A stretch of 63,455 nucleotides of DNA, filler included, from Reclinomonas americana ATCC 50394 (taxonomy: Eukaryota): NCBI GenBank assembly GCA_048213135.1. It is 10 parts of 10 records of this genome, joined end to end, with 100 filler letters (N's around TTAATTAATTAA, not from the genome) between each part and the next. Parts side by side here need not be neighbours in the genome. Positions count along the whole stretch, not along the records: positions 36,411 to 40,404 come from AFZH01020256.1; positions 40,505 to 43,049 come from AFZH01020257.1; positions 43,150 to 46,902 come from AFZH01020258.1; positions 47,003 to 51,732 come from AFZH01020260.1; 6 more parts are not named here. One strand, 5' to 3'. Position 1 is the stretch's first letter; the number at the start of each line of letters is the position of its first letter. Positions 38,905 through 50,474 of this stretch are shown piece by piece. Below the pieces are notes generated by a model that had not been told where the DNA came from, made no database searches, and saw only the letters and a program-made list of their open reading frames with translations. The translations under genes were made by a program, and so were the position numbers.

Positions 38905-39475
38905 GTGATCTGTGTCATGGTCAGTGATTAGTTTCGTGATTGTGTGCTGCGCGCCTGCGAGTGTGTGCACGAGCATGTGTATGAGTGCGCGTGTCTCGCT
39001 CTCTTTCTCTTTCTCTCTCTCGCATACACGCACGCACGTGTGTGGCTCCCTCTTCTGCGCCTTCTCTCTCTTCCCTCTTCCTGCTTGGGTCCCTTCATTC
39101 CTTCCTCCCTTCGCGTGTGCGAGTGCGCGGGCGGAAGAGACGAACTTGTCATCGCGTACCTTTCTAGAGAAATGGGTTGTTCACCGAAATGGCGCGAAGC
39201 TCAACCGCCCGCAATTTCGCCAAAATATTGATCAAAATCATTGTCACTCGATAAACCCTGAGAAGATGACTGGCAGACGCGTCTTACAATAGCCAGCACA
39301 AGCATGCGTAACCAGCAAACATGTACATTTTCTGTCATCGAATCCACAATCGGCCGATCAACAAACGCATCGCAACTCATCAACCAGGTTCGTGCGAGAG
39401 CTCACACAACCACGACCACTCAGTCGCTCACTCTTCACAGACACAGTCGCACACCACATTCCCCACACACACATC

Positions 39476-39834
39476 ATGGAGCAGAGCAACATTGTTCCGT
39501 CGGAGAGCTCCATCAGCTCCATCGAACGCCGCACGTGCGTCTCTCCTCCATCCTCTCACACACCCTACTCTACTTTCCTCACACACACCTCCTCAACAGT
39601 ACCTCCTCGTCGGACTCACGTCCCAGCAGCGATGACTCGGGATCTCGCGTGGTGAGTGCGTGTGTGCGCACATTGATCAAAATACCCCCGATCGACCCCG
39701 TGTCATGACTCTCTCTTCTCTCTCTCTCTCTTTTCTCCTTGTTCTTTTTTCTCTCTTTCTCTCTCCACACTCGCAGCTCGCTGCCGTTCTTGATCCTCTT
39801 CCAGCAGACTCCACAGCACCCTCGTCTCATTCAT
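39476..39834 (+). CDS. 5' exons of an unknown Ser-rich protein (3' part not resolved)
   Basis: Exons 39476-39534, 39600-39651 and 39777-39834 splice in frame with GT-AG ends: MEQSNIVPSESSISSIERRTTSSSDSRPSSDDSGSRVLAAVLDPLPADSTAPSSHS; possible 5' UTR intron 39388-39440. Confidence 0.6.
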
Positions 39835-40504
39835 GTGCGTGAATACACAAGGGGAGAGAGAGAGAGAAGAAGAAGGAGGAGGAGGAGAAGAAGAAGAAGA
39901 AGAAGAGACGATGCGCTCCACTCCATACACAGTGAGAGAGACTGTGTGCGTGAGTGTGAGAGTATGTTGTCAGAGCTCACGAATACGCACGGTCAGCGAG
40001 TGAACAGAGACGCGTAGAGTGTGTGAGAGAGAGTCTGATAGGGAGTGTCGGAAGTCGCGGAGGAGAGGAAGAGAAGACACACACAGTGAGCGAGGAATAG
40101 AGATGCGGAGAGTGTCAGAACCGACGATTGGAGAGAGAGGAGGACGAGGAGCAGAGAAACTGAGAGAACAACGCAACGCGAACAGACACGTACGCCGACA
40201 TAACACATTGCGAGAGGAGAAGAGACAGAGAGCGCACGGCAGCGAAGAGAAAACTCATACCACTCTCTTCACCCAAGCACAATCTCTCAGTGAGAGAGAG
40301 AGAGACAGGAATGGTGAGAAGTAGGGAGAGTGAGAGGCAACTCCTCATACTCACACATGCTGTTAGAGATGGGGAGCGCACGGAGAGGAAAGGGTGGATG
40401 AGAGNNNNNNNNNNNNNNNNNNNNNNNNNNNNNNNNNNNNNNNNNNNNTTAATTAATTAANNNNNNNNNNNNNNNNNNNNNNNNNNNNNNNNNNNNNNNN
40501 NNNN

Positions 40505-41737
40505 TCACATGCAGACGCGTCATCGTGCAGGGCATGCAGCACATCCCCGCTGTCCTCGACCGGGCCTGCCTGCTCGTCGTCCACGTCCAGCAGCATGCCA
40601 CCAGAAGATTCGCCACGTGAATCCTCCGACACCGCCATCGCCTCCACCACCACAACCAGCTGCTCGGCCTCGGCAGTCGGCTCGATCGGCAATGCAGTCT
40701 CACCACCAGCAGCCACCTCGTCGTGCAGGGCATGCAGCACATCCCCGCTGTCCTCGGCCGGGCCAACCTGCTCGTCGTCCACGTCCAGCAGCATGCCACC
40801 AGAAGATTCGCCACGTGAATCCTCCGACACCGCCATCGCCTCCACCACCACAACCAGCTGCTCGGCCTCGGCAGTCGGCTCGATCGGCAGTGCAGTCTCA
40901 CCACATGCAGACGCGTCGTCATGCACGGCGTGCAGGCCATCCCCGCTGTCGTCGGCTGGGTCACCCAGCTCGTCGTCCACGTCAGGCAGCATGCCACCAG
41001 AAACGACAGCCAGATGCTCGGCCTCAGCACTCGGCTCGATCGGCCGTGCAGTCTCATCACATGCAGCCGCGTCGTCATGCAGGGCGTGCAGCACATCCCC
41101 GCTGTCCTCGGCCGCACCACCCTGCTCGTCATCCACGTCAGGTAGGTCAACGGCTTTCGCTTCCACAGGAACGGTGATCGTCCAAGCCTCCTCTGCCACC
41201 TCCTCCTCGTCGTCATCTGCGGCTGCTGTCACGACGATCATTGGCGGTACAACGTGCCACACGTCAGAGAGCTCTGCGTCGTCGTCCGGAAGTGCCACGT
41301 TGGCTCCACCAATGTCCACAGTAACTGACTCGTCCGTAGCCACCACATTCTCGGCTTCAACGACCTGCGTGCCCAACACCTCCTGGTGGCACTCGTCAAC
41401 AGTCGGTGCGCGACTTGCCTCCTCTTGCTCCATCGGCAACCTGTCGCCCGCCACACTTTCTTTGTCGTCCTCGTCGTCTTCTTCTCCTGCCTCCACCACG
41501 ACGACAGAGCACGGCATGGAATCGTCACCGGCCGCCGATCTAATCCACTCGGCCGCCGGCTCATCCTCCTGCGACAACATACTTCCTGCCTCCGGCGACG
41601 GCGCCGGCGTGATGGCATACGGCTCATCGACCGCGGCCCACTGCCCGGCCTCGCTTGGCGGCGCTGGCGATGGAACGGGTGTGGCGGCAAGCGGAGCGTC
41701 AACATCATCATTCTCTTCCTCATCCTCATCCTCATCC

Positions 41738-41775
<38 letters not shown>

Positions 41776-42816
41776 GCCAAAGGCACTAACGTGCCACTGA
41801 TCCGCACCAACCGGCGGTGGTGATGACGGCGGTGACGATTCCGGCGACGGCGTTGCATCGCTCAGCGGTGAAGGCGGCGCCGTCACATTCGCCAGTACCA
41901 CTTCGCCCGGGTGCTCCGTCGAACCGAGCAGCATCGGCAGCAACGTCTGCACAGACTGACCAGTGGCGGCCGCCTCATGCACCTGCGCCAACTGCAACTG
42001 CGTGACACGCAGCGCGTCGTGCACCGCCACCTGGCGAGCCAACAGACCCTGCAACTCAGCCTCCGCAGCCATATCCACCGACCGCCGCCGTCGCTCCCTC
42101 GCCCGCCGCACCCGCTGCTCCACCGCCTGTAACAGCGCCAAATTCTCCCGCCGCAGCTCCTCCTGCTCCAACTGCAACGCACGCTCCAGCGTCGCCATAT
42201 CCACATTGGCCAGCACCTCACGCACCTCCTCCTCCGTCACCACAATCTCCTCGCCCGAGTCGAACAACACCGGCAACGACTGCTCCTCATCGTCATCGAC
42301 GACACTCGCCGCCGGCACCGGCAACAACACAGGACGAGCCGACATGCGCGCCACATTCTGCACCTCCTCGTCACACTCGCTCCACTCGCCCTCCTGCATG
42401 CGCATCATCAGCGCCTCCTCGACCACGGCATCCATCGGCGAATCGTCGACTGGCACACGCGGAGGTGGCGGAGGCGGTGGCGGCGGTGGAAGCGCACGAT
42501 TACCAGGCACATGCAAGAACTGTTGCTGTTGTTGCTGTTGTCGTTGTCGTTGTCTGTGATTGGTCGTTCGCGGCTGCACCGGCGAGGGCGACATGGTGAG
42601 TGCGCTCTCCGACGTCTGATCCATGGACAATGAGGAGGTGTCGTCAGTGCTCATGGCGGTGGGCGTCGGAGATGAGTTGGCGGCGGCCAGCTCCGGCAAG
42701 AGCGTGGCGTACTCGTGCACGAGCAGAACGCGCTCTTCGTCGGTGACGTCACCGACGAGCGAGGCGAGGTAGGCGTCGAATTCGTCAATGGTGGGAAAGG
42801 CCCCGCCGAGTTGGAG
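40505..42816 (-). CDS. Large exon of a very acidic low-complexity protein with a coiled-coil-like stretch and 66-aa tandem repeats (both ends in gaps)
   Basis: Acceptor TAATAG at 42817 after a pyrimidine tract; ~770 open codons; poly-Q, poly-P and poly-D/E; repeat period 198, 198 and 156 nt at 40523, 40721, 40919 and 41075. Confidence 0.8.
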
Positions 42817-43736
42817 CTATTAAGGGGAAAGGGAGGAGAAAGTGAGGGGAAGAGAGGGGGAAGAGAGAAGGGGAAGAGAAGGGGAAGAGAGGGGGAGAGA
42901 AGGGAGAGAGAAGGAGAGAGAGGAGAGAGGAGAGAGGAGAGGGGAGGGGAGAGAGGAGGTAGAGAGGAGAGAGGAGTAGAGGAGAGTAGAGGAGAGGAGA
43001 GAGAGGAGCGAAGGGAGAGTGGAGAGGAGTGAGAGACGAGAGAGGAGAGNNNNNNNNNNNNNNNNNNNNNNNNNNNNNNNNNNNNNNNNNNNNTTAATTA
43101 ATTAANNNNNNNNNNNNNNNNNNNNNNNNNNNNNNNNNNNNNNNNNNNNAGGGGGAAGAGAAGGGGGAAGAGTGAAGGGAAGAGGGAACGGAAGAGAAGG
43201 GGGGAAGCGAAGGGGGGAAGGGAAGAGAGAAGGGAAGAGAGAAGGGAAGAGAGAAGGGAGGAGAGAAGGGAGGAGAGAAGGGAAGAGAGAAGGGAAGAGA
43301 GGGGGAAGAGAGGGGAAGAGAGGGGAAGAGAGAAGGAAGAGAAAGGGGTGAAGGTTGATTGGTGGCAAGTAATTGGTTGACGAGTGAAGAAAGAGTGTGT
43401 GTGGGAGAGAGTGTGTGTGTGCGTGTGAGAATGTGTGTGTGTGAGAGAGAGAGAGTGCAGAGAGAGAGAGAGAGTGCGAGAGAGAGTGCGAGAGATTCCT
43501 GTTTGTCCGAACACTACCAACGACGCCTCTCTCTCATTCTCACACACTTTCTCTTTCACTCACTCACCGCTCTCTCTGTCTATCTCACACTCACCTCAGC
43601 CAACAACGGCGTCAACGCCATTATCGCATCCAAAATCAAAAAAAAAGACAGAGAGAAAAAGAGTGATCCACGGTCCAATCGAGTCAACGAAGCGACACAA
43701 CACATTACACGCATCCTCTGAGGTCCGCACGCACGC

Positions 43737-43860
43737 ACACACACTTGCACACACTTGCACACACACTTTGCACACACTTGCACACACTTTGCACACACTT
43801 TGCACACACTTTGCACACACTTTGCACACACTTTGCACACACTTTCACACACATTTTGTA
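43737..43860. repeat. (CACACACTTTG)n minisatellite in a probable 5' UTR intron of AP-2 mu
   Basis: Direct reading; putative intron 43723-43900 ends 1 nt before the ATG. Confidence 0.8.
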
Positions 43861-43901
43861 CACACACACTCACTCACTCTTCTCTCTCTCACACACACAG
43901 A

Positions 43902-46900
43902 ATGGCCAACTCACTGTCGGCACTGCTCATCACCAACGCGCGCGGAGGTCAGTCAGTCAGTCACAACACTCTCTCACACGCTCTTTACTCACAATTGTGT
44001 TATGCAACACACACAGACTTGCTGGTCTCGCGCTCATTCCGCGACGATGTCTCCACGTGCGTTGCTTACATAAGAGACAAAGAGAGAGAGTGTGTGTGTG
44101 TGTGTTTGCAAGTGCGTCATTGCGCTTCATCTTCGTTTTGTGCACGCGCGCGCACACTCTTTCTCTCTCATGCACTGTCACTGTCAGTGTGCGTGTGTGT
44201 GTTGTTGCATGTGCACTGATGCAGCGTGTGCCGCGTGTGCATTGTGTTTTGTGAGCTCATGATTGCGCAACTGATGCAATGCGCTCTCTGTGTGTGTGAG
44301 AGAGATGCACATGCACACGCGCACACGTGTCTGTCTCACTGTTGCACTCTCTTGCCCATTGTGTGTCTCTCGTGTGTGTGCGTGACATTGCGCACTTTTT
44401 CGTCTCTCTCACTCTCTTTGTTTGTTTGTTTGTTTAGGCGCACTGTTGCAGAGGCGTTCCGCACGCAGATTGTCGGCAACAAGCTTGTGGATCGGTGCCC
44501 TGTGCGCTCTGTGGGCACAGTGTCGTTCATCTTCATTCGGTGAGTGTGTGCGTGTGTGATGAGTCATGTGAGGATTCGGGGGAGAGGCGAGAGAGGGGAA
44601 GGCAAGAGAGAGGGAGAAAGGAGAGAGAGAGAGAGGCGTGAGAAGAATGCGGATTTGGTTGACACTTGGCAGTCGTATTTTGCATGTTCGTATCTCTCTT
44701 TGTGCTTTCTTTCTTCTTCTCCTTTTTCTCTGTCGTCCTTGCGCTCTGTGTTGTGGGCTTGCTTGTGTACTACAAGCCGTGATCCTCTCATTCTGCATGG
44801 CAACTGGACCGTTGTCGTGTTCGCCTCATGACACATGGCAGCCGGAAATGCATGTTCGTTTCGTCTTTCTCTTCTTCTCCTTCGTGTGGTGGCGGCGTGC
44901 TATCACTAGTGGATTTGCTTGTGTATTGACCACGTGATCCCCTTATTCTGCATGTCGGCTTGTGCCGTTGTCATGTTCGCCTCATGACACATGGCAGCCG
45001 GAAATGCACGTTCGTTTCGTCTTTCTCGCACTTGCTGTGGCGGTGTGCTCTCCTTTGTTGGCATGTTTGTGTATGCAAGCAGTGGTTCCCTCATTCTGCA
45101 TGGCGACTGTGCCGTTGTCATGTTCGCCTCATGACACATGGCAGCCGGAAATCTGTGTTCGTTTCTTCTTCTCTCTGGCATGCTTTCGCGGATTGCTCTT
45201 TGTTGATGGCCTGCCTGTGTGCATTGGCTGCGATCACTTCATTCTGCATGGCGGCTGTACCGTTGTCATATTTATATCATGACACATGGCAGCCGGAATT
45301 GTGTGTTCGTTTCGTCTTTCTCGCACTTGCGGTGGTGTGTTTCTCGCGTGTTGGCTTGCAAGCCGTGGTCCTCTCATTCTGCATGGCAACTGTGCCATTG
45401 TCATGTCTGTCTCATGACACATGGCGGTCGGAAATGCATGTTCGTTTCTCCCCCTTTGTGGTGTGTTGTCTCCTGGCGCTTCGTCACATAACACGTGACA
45501 GTCGGAAGCGCTCTCTTTCCATCTTTTTGCCGTTCAACCCTTTTTCAATCTCCACTGGGTGTTCGGTGTCGACACATGTCACCATCAATTCCTGTATTCT
45601 CGCAGCCGTTGCTTATAATTGTGCTCCACCTGCAGCCACGACAACGTGTACGTGGTGGGCGTGTCGCGCCAGAATGTCAACTGCGCCACAGTGCTAGAGA
45701 TTTTGCATCGGAGTTGCGTGCGGACGCTGCTCGTGTCGCCTCTCGCGCACGCTGCTGGGTTGCTCATCATCACTGTCTTCTGGATCGCAGCGGTCAAAAT
45801 CTTCCGCGCATACTTTGAGAACGTCTTCAACGAGCAGATCGCCAAGGACAACTTTATCCTGTTGTACGAGTTGCGTTTCACCTTACCTCCCCAAGCATCA
45901 CACCCCCGCACTCGCTCACTTGCCCCCATAGGCTGCTCGACGAGATTCTCGACTTTGGCTTCCCGCAAAACACCGAGGTCGACAACCTCAAGCAGTTCAT
46001 CTCGCAGGAGGGCCGCACCATCGACATCCGCACCGCGCAGCAGGTGACGATCGATGCCACTGGTGTCGTGTCGTGGCGCCCGCAGGGACTGGTCTACAAG
46101 AAGAACGAGGTGTACATTGATGTGTGGGAGGAGGTCAACGTGCTGATGTCCACCAAGGGTGAGTTTGGGGGGAAGGGGACAAGGGAGGAGGAAAAGGAGA
46201 AGGGGGAGCGAAGAATGTCTTTAGTTTGTTGCTTTGTGGGTTGGCTAGTGCGTGAGAGAGAGAGAGAAGGAGAGACTGAAGGAGAGGGAGAGAGACGAGA
46301 GAGAGAGAGAGAGAGGAGTGTATGTGTGTGTGAGAGAGAGGGAGGGGGAGGGAGAGGGAGAGAAATATCTTCGGTTTGTCGCTGTGTGTGTGTGAGGGAG
46401 AGACAAGGAGAGAGAAAAAGAGAAATGTCTTCAGAAGATGAGAGGATGAGGAGAAATATCTTTGATGTGTCGCGAATGAGGCTGCAGATGTGCATTGTGT
46501 GAGAGAGACACACAACAAAGACAGTGTGTGCGAGTATGAGAGATATTTTCAGCGGGCGAGGATGAAGAGAGCTGTATTTGACGTGAGATTGCTGGCGTGT
46601 GTGTAATAGACGCATGCAGTGAGAGACGAAGCGAGAGAATGAGCTTGTGATGGGTAGAGAGAGTTTGTCATTGCTGCGGAGGTGTTTGATTTGTCGTAAG
46701 TGTGTGTGTGTGTGTATTTGTGCGCGTGTTTGAGAGAGAGAGAGAGAGAATGAGAAAGTGCGCGAGATGCAGAGAGAAAAATGATTGAAAAGGATCTGGG
46801 GCGCAATCGACGAAGGACAGCGAGGTTCTTGTTTCTTGTTCTCGACTGCTCACGTGGCTTCTCGTGTGGCACAGGCGACCCGCTGACCGCCGATGTGACT

Positions 46901-46902
46901 GG
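43902..46902 (+). CDS. AP2M1: Adaptor complex medium subunit, most like AP-2 mu (3' part in gap)
   Basis: Spliced MANSLSALLITNARGDLLVSRSFRDDVSTRTVAEAFRTQIV...QNVNCATVLEIL...[24 protein letters not shown]...TGVVSWRPQGLVYKKNEVYIDVWEEVNVLMSTKGDPLTADVTG. Confidence 0.9.
44789..45510 (+). repeat. Intronic array of five (plus one degenerate) 135-155-bp units, each with a ~65-nt hairpin; candidate ncRNA cluster
   Basis: Units at ~44790, 44945, 45093, 45241 and 45376; inner stem TGTCATG-N7-CATGACA; arm TCATGACACATGGCAGCCGGAA identical in four units. Confidence 0.8.
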
Positions 46903-47002
46903 NNNNNNNNNNNNNNNNNNNNNNNNNNNNNNNNNNNNNNNNNNNNTTAATTAATTAANNNNNNNNNNNNNNNNNNNNNNNNNNNNNNNNNNNNNNNNNN
47001 NN

Positions 47003-47213
47003 ACGCATGTGGTCCACGCCTTGCGATCTGGCTCGGGTCGAGCTCAGAAAGGCACGGTCGGCAATGCAGGCTGTACGGGAGATGCAGTGGAGAAGGAGTG
47101 GCGAGGAGCCTGATTCGCGCTGCTTGCCAGAGATGGTGCTGCGCTGTTTCATTGTGGAGGAGGCCGCGGTTGTGGTGCATCGATGCCTCACCGACCCTCG
47201 GCTGCACCTCTAA
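47003..47213 (+). CDS. WD40 array gene 1 (3' fragment, long tail type)
   Basis: ...RMWSTPCDLARVELRKARSAMQ...CLTDPRLHL TAA; 5' part in gap. Confidence 0.85.
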
Positions 47214-47471
47214 TGGGGGCGAAGGGCTCTTGTGCTCGACAATGCTCTGGAGCACTCTTTCGAACTGCTTGCCGTCACTTGCACCAGCTTGTGAATGTCG
47301 CAACCCGGCTGCCTTCCGCTGTCCAGCATCTACATGTACACTCCATTTTTTCTCGTTCAACTTCTCTGCCCAGTCCTTGTGACGTTCACTTTTCTTTCTT
47401 CCTCGCTTGTAAAGTGCTTATGGACAGTTGTGCCGAATGAAGAAGAAGTCTCTTATCGCCCTGTGTCTGCG

Positions 47472-47495
47472 GAAGTCTCGTGAACTTCAAAGTGC
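47472..47495 (+). promoter_or_regulatory. Conserved dyad GAAGT-N7-ACTTC upstream of WD40 genes
   Basis: Seen at 47472, 48928, 50381, 54051 and 55513, 92-129 bp before each ATG; partly deleted at ~52504. Confidence 0.4.
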
Positions 47496-47589
47496 GATCG
47501 TCCCAATGCAATTCACAGAAGATCACATAACATACACACGCACACACACTAACTCCTTCGCCTCCCTTTCCTGCCTCCTTCACTCTCCC

Positions 47590-48675
47590 ATGCCAATCGC
47601 TCCTCTCTTCCTCTGCACACGCGAGCCGGGGCTCCACACAGGTTGGGTGGAGAGTGTCGCCGTCACTCCCGATGATCAACACATCGTGAGTGGTAGTGAA
47701 GACGCTGTGCATGTGTGGTCCCTGGCGAGTGGTGAGGAAGTTCGGCGGCTGGAGGGCCACACTGGTGCAGTGTACTCTGTCGCCGTGACTCCCGACGGGC
47801 ATCACGTGGTTAGCGGCGGTGATGATAACACCGTGCGTGTGTGGTCTCTTGGGAGTGGGAGGGAAGTGCGACGACTGAAGGGACACACTGATGTGGTGTA
47901 CTCTGTTGCCGTCACTCCCGACGGTGAACACATAGTCAGTGGGAGTTATGACTGCACTGTGCGAGTGTGGTCACTTGCGAGTGGGAAGCAAGTGCGACGG
48001 TGGAAGGGACACACTGACTGGGTGCGGTCTGTCGCTGTCACTCCCGACGGTCAGCACGTTGTGAGTGGCAGTTCCGACAGTACAGTGCGTGTGTGGTCTC
48101 TGGCAAGTGGAAAACTTGTGCGACAACTGGAGGGACATGCTGACGAGGTAACCTCTGTCGCCATCACTCCCGACGGCCAGTACATTGTGGACGGAGGCGA
48201 AGACTGCACACTTTGCCTGTGGTCCCTGGTGACTGGCGAGGAGATGCGGCGGCTGGAGGGTCACACTGGAGGTGTGTATTGTGTCACCGTCACTCCCGAC
48301 GGTCTGCACATTGTGAGCGGGGCTGGCGACAACACGGTGCGAGTGTGGTCCGTGGCGAGTGGTGACGAGGTGCAGTGTTTGGAAGGACACACGAGCGGTG
48401 TGTTGTCTGTCGCCGTCACTCCCGATGGACAGCACATAGTGAGTGGGAGTGAGGACGACACAGTGCGCGTGTGGTCCACGCCTTGCGGTCTGGCGCGGAT
48501 CGAGCTCGACAAGGCGCGCTCGGCGATGCAAGCGGTGCAGGAGATGCAGCACCGCGAGGATGATGAGGAGCCTGATTCGCGCTGCTTGCCGGAGATTGTG
48601 TTGCGCTGCTTCGTTGTGGAGGAGGCCGCGGTTGTGGTGCATCGATGCCTCACCGACCCTCAGCTGCACCTCTGA
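47590..48675 (+). CDS. WD40 array gene 2, 361 aa, intronless, 7 repeats, long tail
   Basis: Start chosen by alignment with paralogues (MPIAPLFLC); GH...VAVTPDG.HIVSG..D.TVRVW x7. Confidence 0.9.
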   Translation: MPIAPLFLCTREPGLHTGWVESVAVTPDDQHIVSGSEDAVHVWSLASGEEVRRLEGHTGAVYSVAVTPDGHHVVSGGDDNTVRVWSLGSGREVRRLKGHTDVVYSVAVTPDGEHIVSGSYDCTVRVWSLASGKQVRRWKGHTDWVRSVAVTPDGQHVVSGSSDSTVRVWSLASGKLVRQLEGHADEVTSVAITPDGQYIVDGGEDCTLCLWSLVTGEEMRRLEGHTGGVYCVTVTPDGLHIVSGAGDNTVRVWSVASGDEVQCLEGHTSGVLSVAVTPDGQHIVSGSEDDTVRVWSTPCGLARIELDKARSAMQAVQEMQHREDDEEPDSRCLPEIVLRCFVVEEAAVVVHRCLTDPQLHL

Positions 48676-49056
48676 TTGGATAGCAAAGGGCTTGTGCGAT
48701 TGGCAAGGCTCTGGAGCACTCTTTCGAACTGCTTGCCGTCACTTGCACCAGCTTGTAAATGTCGCAACCCGGCCGCTTTCATACGCGTCGTCCAGCGTCT
48801 CCACTCCTTTTTTCGTTCAACTTCTCTGCCCAGTCCTCGTGACTTTCACTTTTTTTTCTTTCTTCCTCGCTTGTAAAGTACTTTTGTTCAGTTGTGCCGA
48901 ATGAAGAAGAAGTCTCTTGTCGCCCTGGAAGTCTTGCGAACTTCAAAGTGATCGGTCCCGACACGCATTTCTCACACGATCTCAGTCCGATCTCACACGC
49001 ACCCCCCATTCCCTCTCTCCCACCTCTTCCTTCTCCTCTCTCTCCTTTTCCCTCCC

Positions 49057-50133
49057 ATGTCATCCACGCCCCTCTTCCACCGCAAACACACCCTGCAGGG
49101 ACACTCTGCTGTCGTGTGGTCTGTCGCCGTCACCCCCGACGGTCGATTCGCAGTCAGTGGTGGCAACGACCAGACGGTGCGTGTGTGGTCGCTGGCAAGT
49201 GGTGAGGAGGTGCAGCGATTGGAGGGACACGATGAAGCGGTGCTGTTTATCGCCATCACTCCCGATGGGGAGCAGATTGTCACGGGCAGTGGAAGCAACG
49301 TTGTGCGCGTGTGGTCACTGGCGAGTGGCAAAGAGGTGCGACAGTTGGAGGGTCACACTCTGTCTGTGAGGGCGGTTGCCGTCACCGCCGATGGGCAGTA
49401 CGTGGTGAGTGGAGGCATCGACAGGACCATTCGCGTGTGGTCGCTGGCGAGTGGCAAACAGGTGCAGCGATTGGAGGGTCACACTGGATGGGTGTGGACG
49501 GTCGCTGCCACTCCAGACGGTGAGCACATTGTCAGTGGAGGTGATGACAACATGGTGAGAGTGTGGTCTCGCGTGAGCGGAGAACATGTGCGCCGAATGG
49601 AGGGGCACACGGATATTGTGCAGTGTGTCACCGTCACTCCCGACGGTCAGTGCGTGGTGAGTGCGGGCCGAGATGACACTGTGCGCGTGTGGTCACTGGC
49701 GAGCGGTGAGGAGGTGCGGCGGTTGGAGGGGCACACGCATTGGGTGAGGTCTGCCGTCGTCACTCCCGACGGGCGACACATTGTCAGTGGCGGATGGGAC
49801 AAGACTGTGCGAGTGTGGTCTGTGGCGAGTGGAGAGCAGGTGCAAGTGTTGGAGGAGCACACGGACGGTGTGTCGTCTGTCGCCATCACCACCGACGGGC
49901 AGCGTATTGTGAGCGGGACGTTTGACAGCGGTGTGTATGTGTGGTCCACGCCATGCGGTCTGGCTCGACATGAGCTTGACAAGGCATGCGCGTCGATGCA
50001 AGCGGTGCAGGAGATGCAGACGGGGGAGAATGAGGAACGGTGCTTGCCAGAGATGGTGCTGCGCTGTTTCATGGTCGAGGAGGCCGAGGTGATTGTGTAT
50101 CGGTGCCTCACCGACCCGCAGATGCACCTGTGA
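49057..50133 (+). CDS. WD40 array gene 3, 358 aa, short tail
   Basis: Single ORF with 7 WD40 repeats. Confidence 0.9.
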   Translation: MSSTPLFHRKHTLQGHSAVVWSVAVTPDGRFAVSGGNDQTVRVWSLASGEEVQRLEGHDEAVLFIAITPDGEQIVTGSGSNVVRVWSLASGKEVRQLEGHTLSVRAVAVTADGQYVVSGGIDRTIRVWSLASGKQVQRLEGHTGWVWTVAATPDGEHIVSGGDDNMVRVWSRVSGEHVRRMEGHTDIVQCVTVTPDGQCVVSAGRDDTVRVWSLASGEEVRRLEGHTHWVRSAVVTPDGRHIVSGGWDKTVRVWSVASGEQVQVLEEHTDGVSSVAITTDGQRIVSGTFDSGVYVWSTPCGLARHELDKACASMQAVQEMQTGENEERCLPEMVLRCFMVEEAEVIVYRCLTDPQMHL

Positions 50134-50474
50134 TGGGGGGCCGAGTAGGCGACGCCCTTAAGCTCGCTGGTGCTGCCTGTTCTTTGCAGGAGTCCACCTT
50201 CATATCGATCGCCTCCGTGGCACTGTTGGTTCTCCTCGTTTGTTGACCTTGCCCCTCACTCTCGTTCAACTTCTCTGCACAATCCTTGTGACTTTCGCTT
50301 TCCTTTCTTTCTCGCTTGTAAAGTACTTTTGTTCAGCTGTGCCGAATGAAGAAGAAGTCTCTTGTCGCTTTATGACTGCGGAAGTATTGCGAACTTCGAA
50401 GTGATCGTCGTCCCGGCACATTTCGCACACACAGTCCACCGACACACACGCACTCCCCCTCCCCCCTCTCCCGC

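Noticed and set aside
39185..39222. YY1/E2F-like words (AAATGGCGCGAA, TTTCGCC) in a divergent promoter
   Set aside because: Short single occurrences with no independent support.
44789..45510. CRISPR-like repeat-spacer appearance
   Set aside because: Spacers are homologous to each other, the repeats are ~80 bp, there are no cas genes and it lies in a eukaryotic intron.
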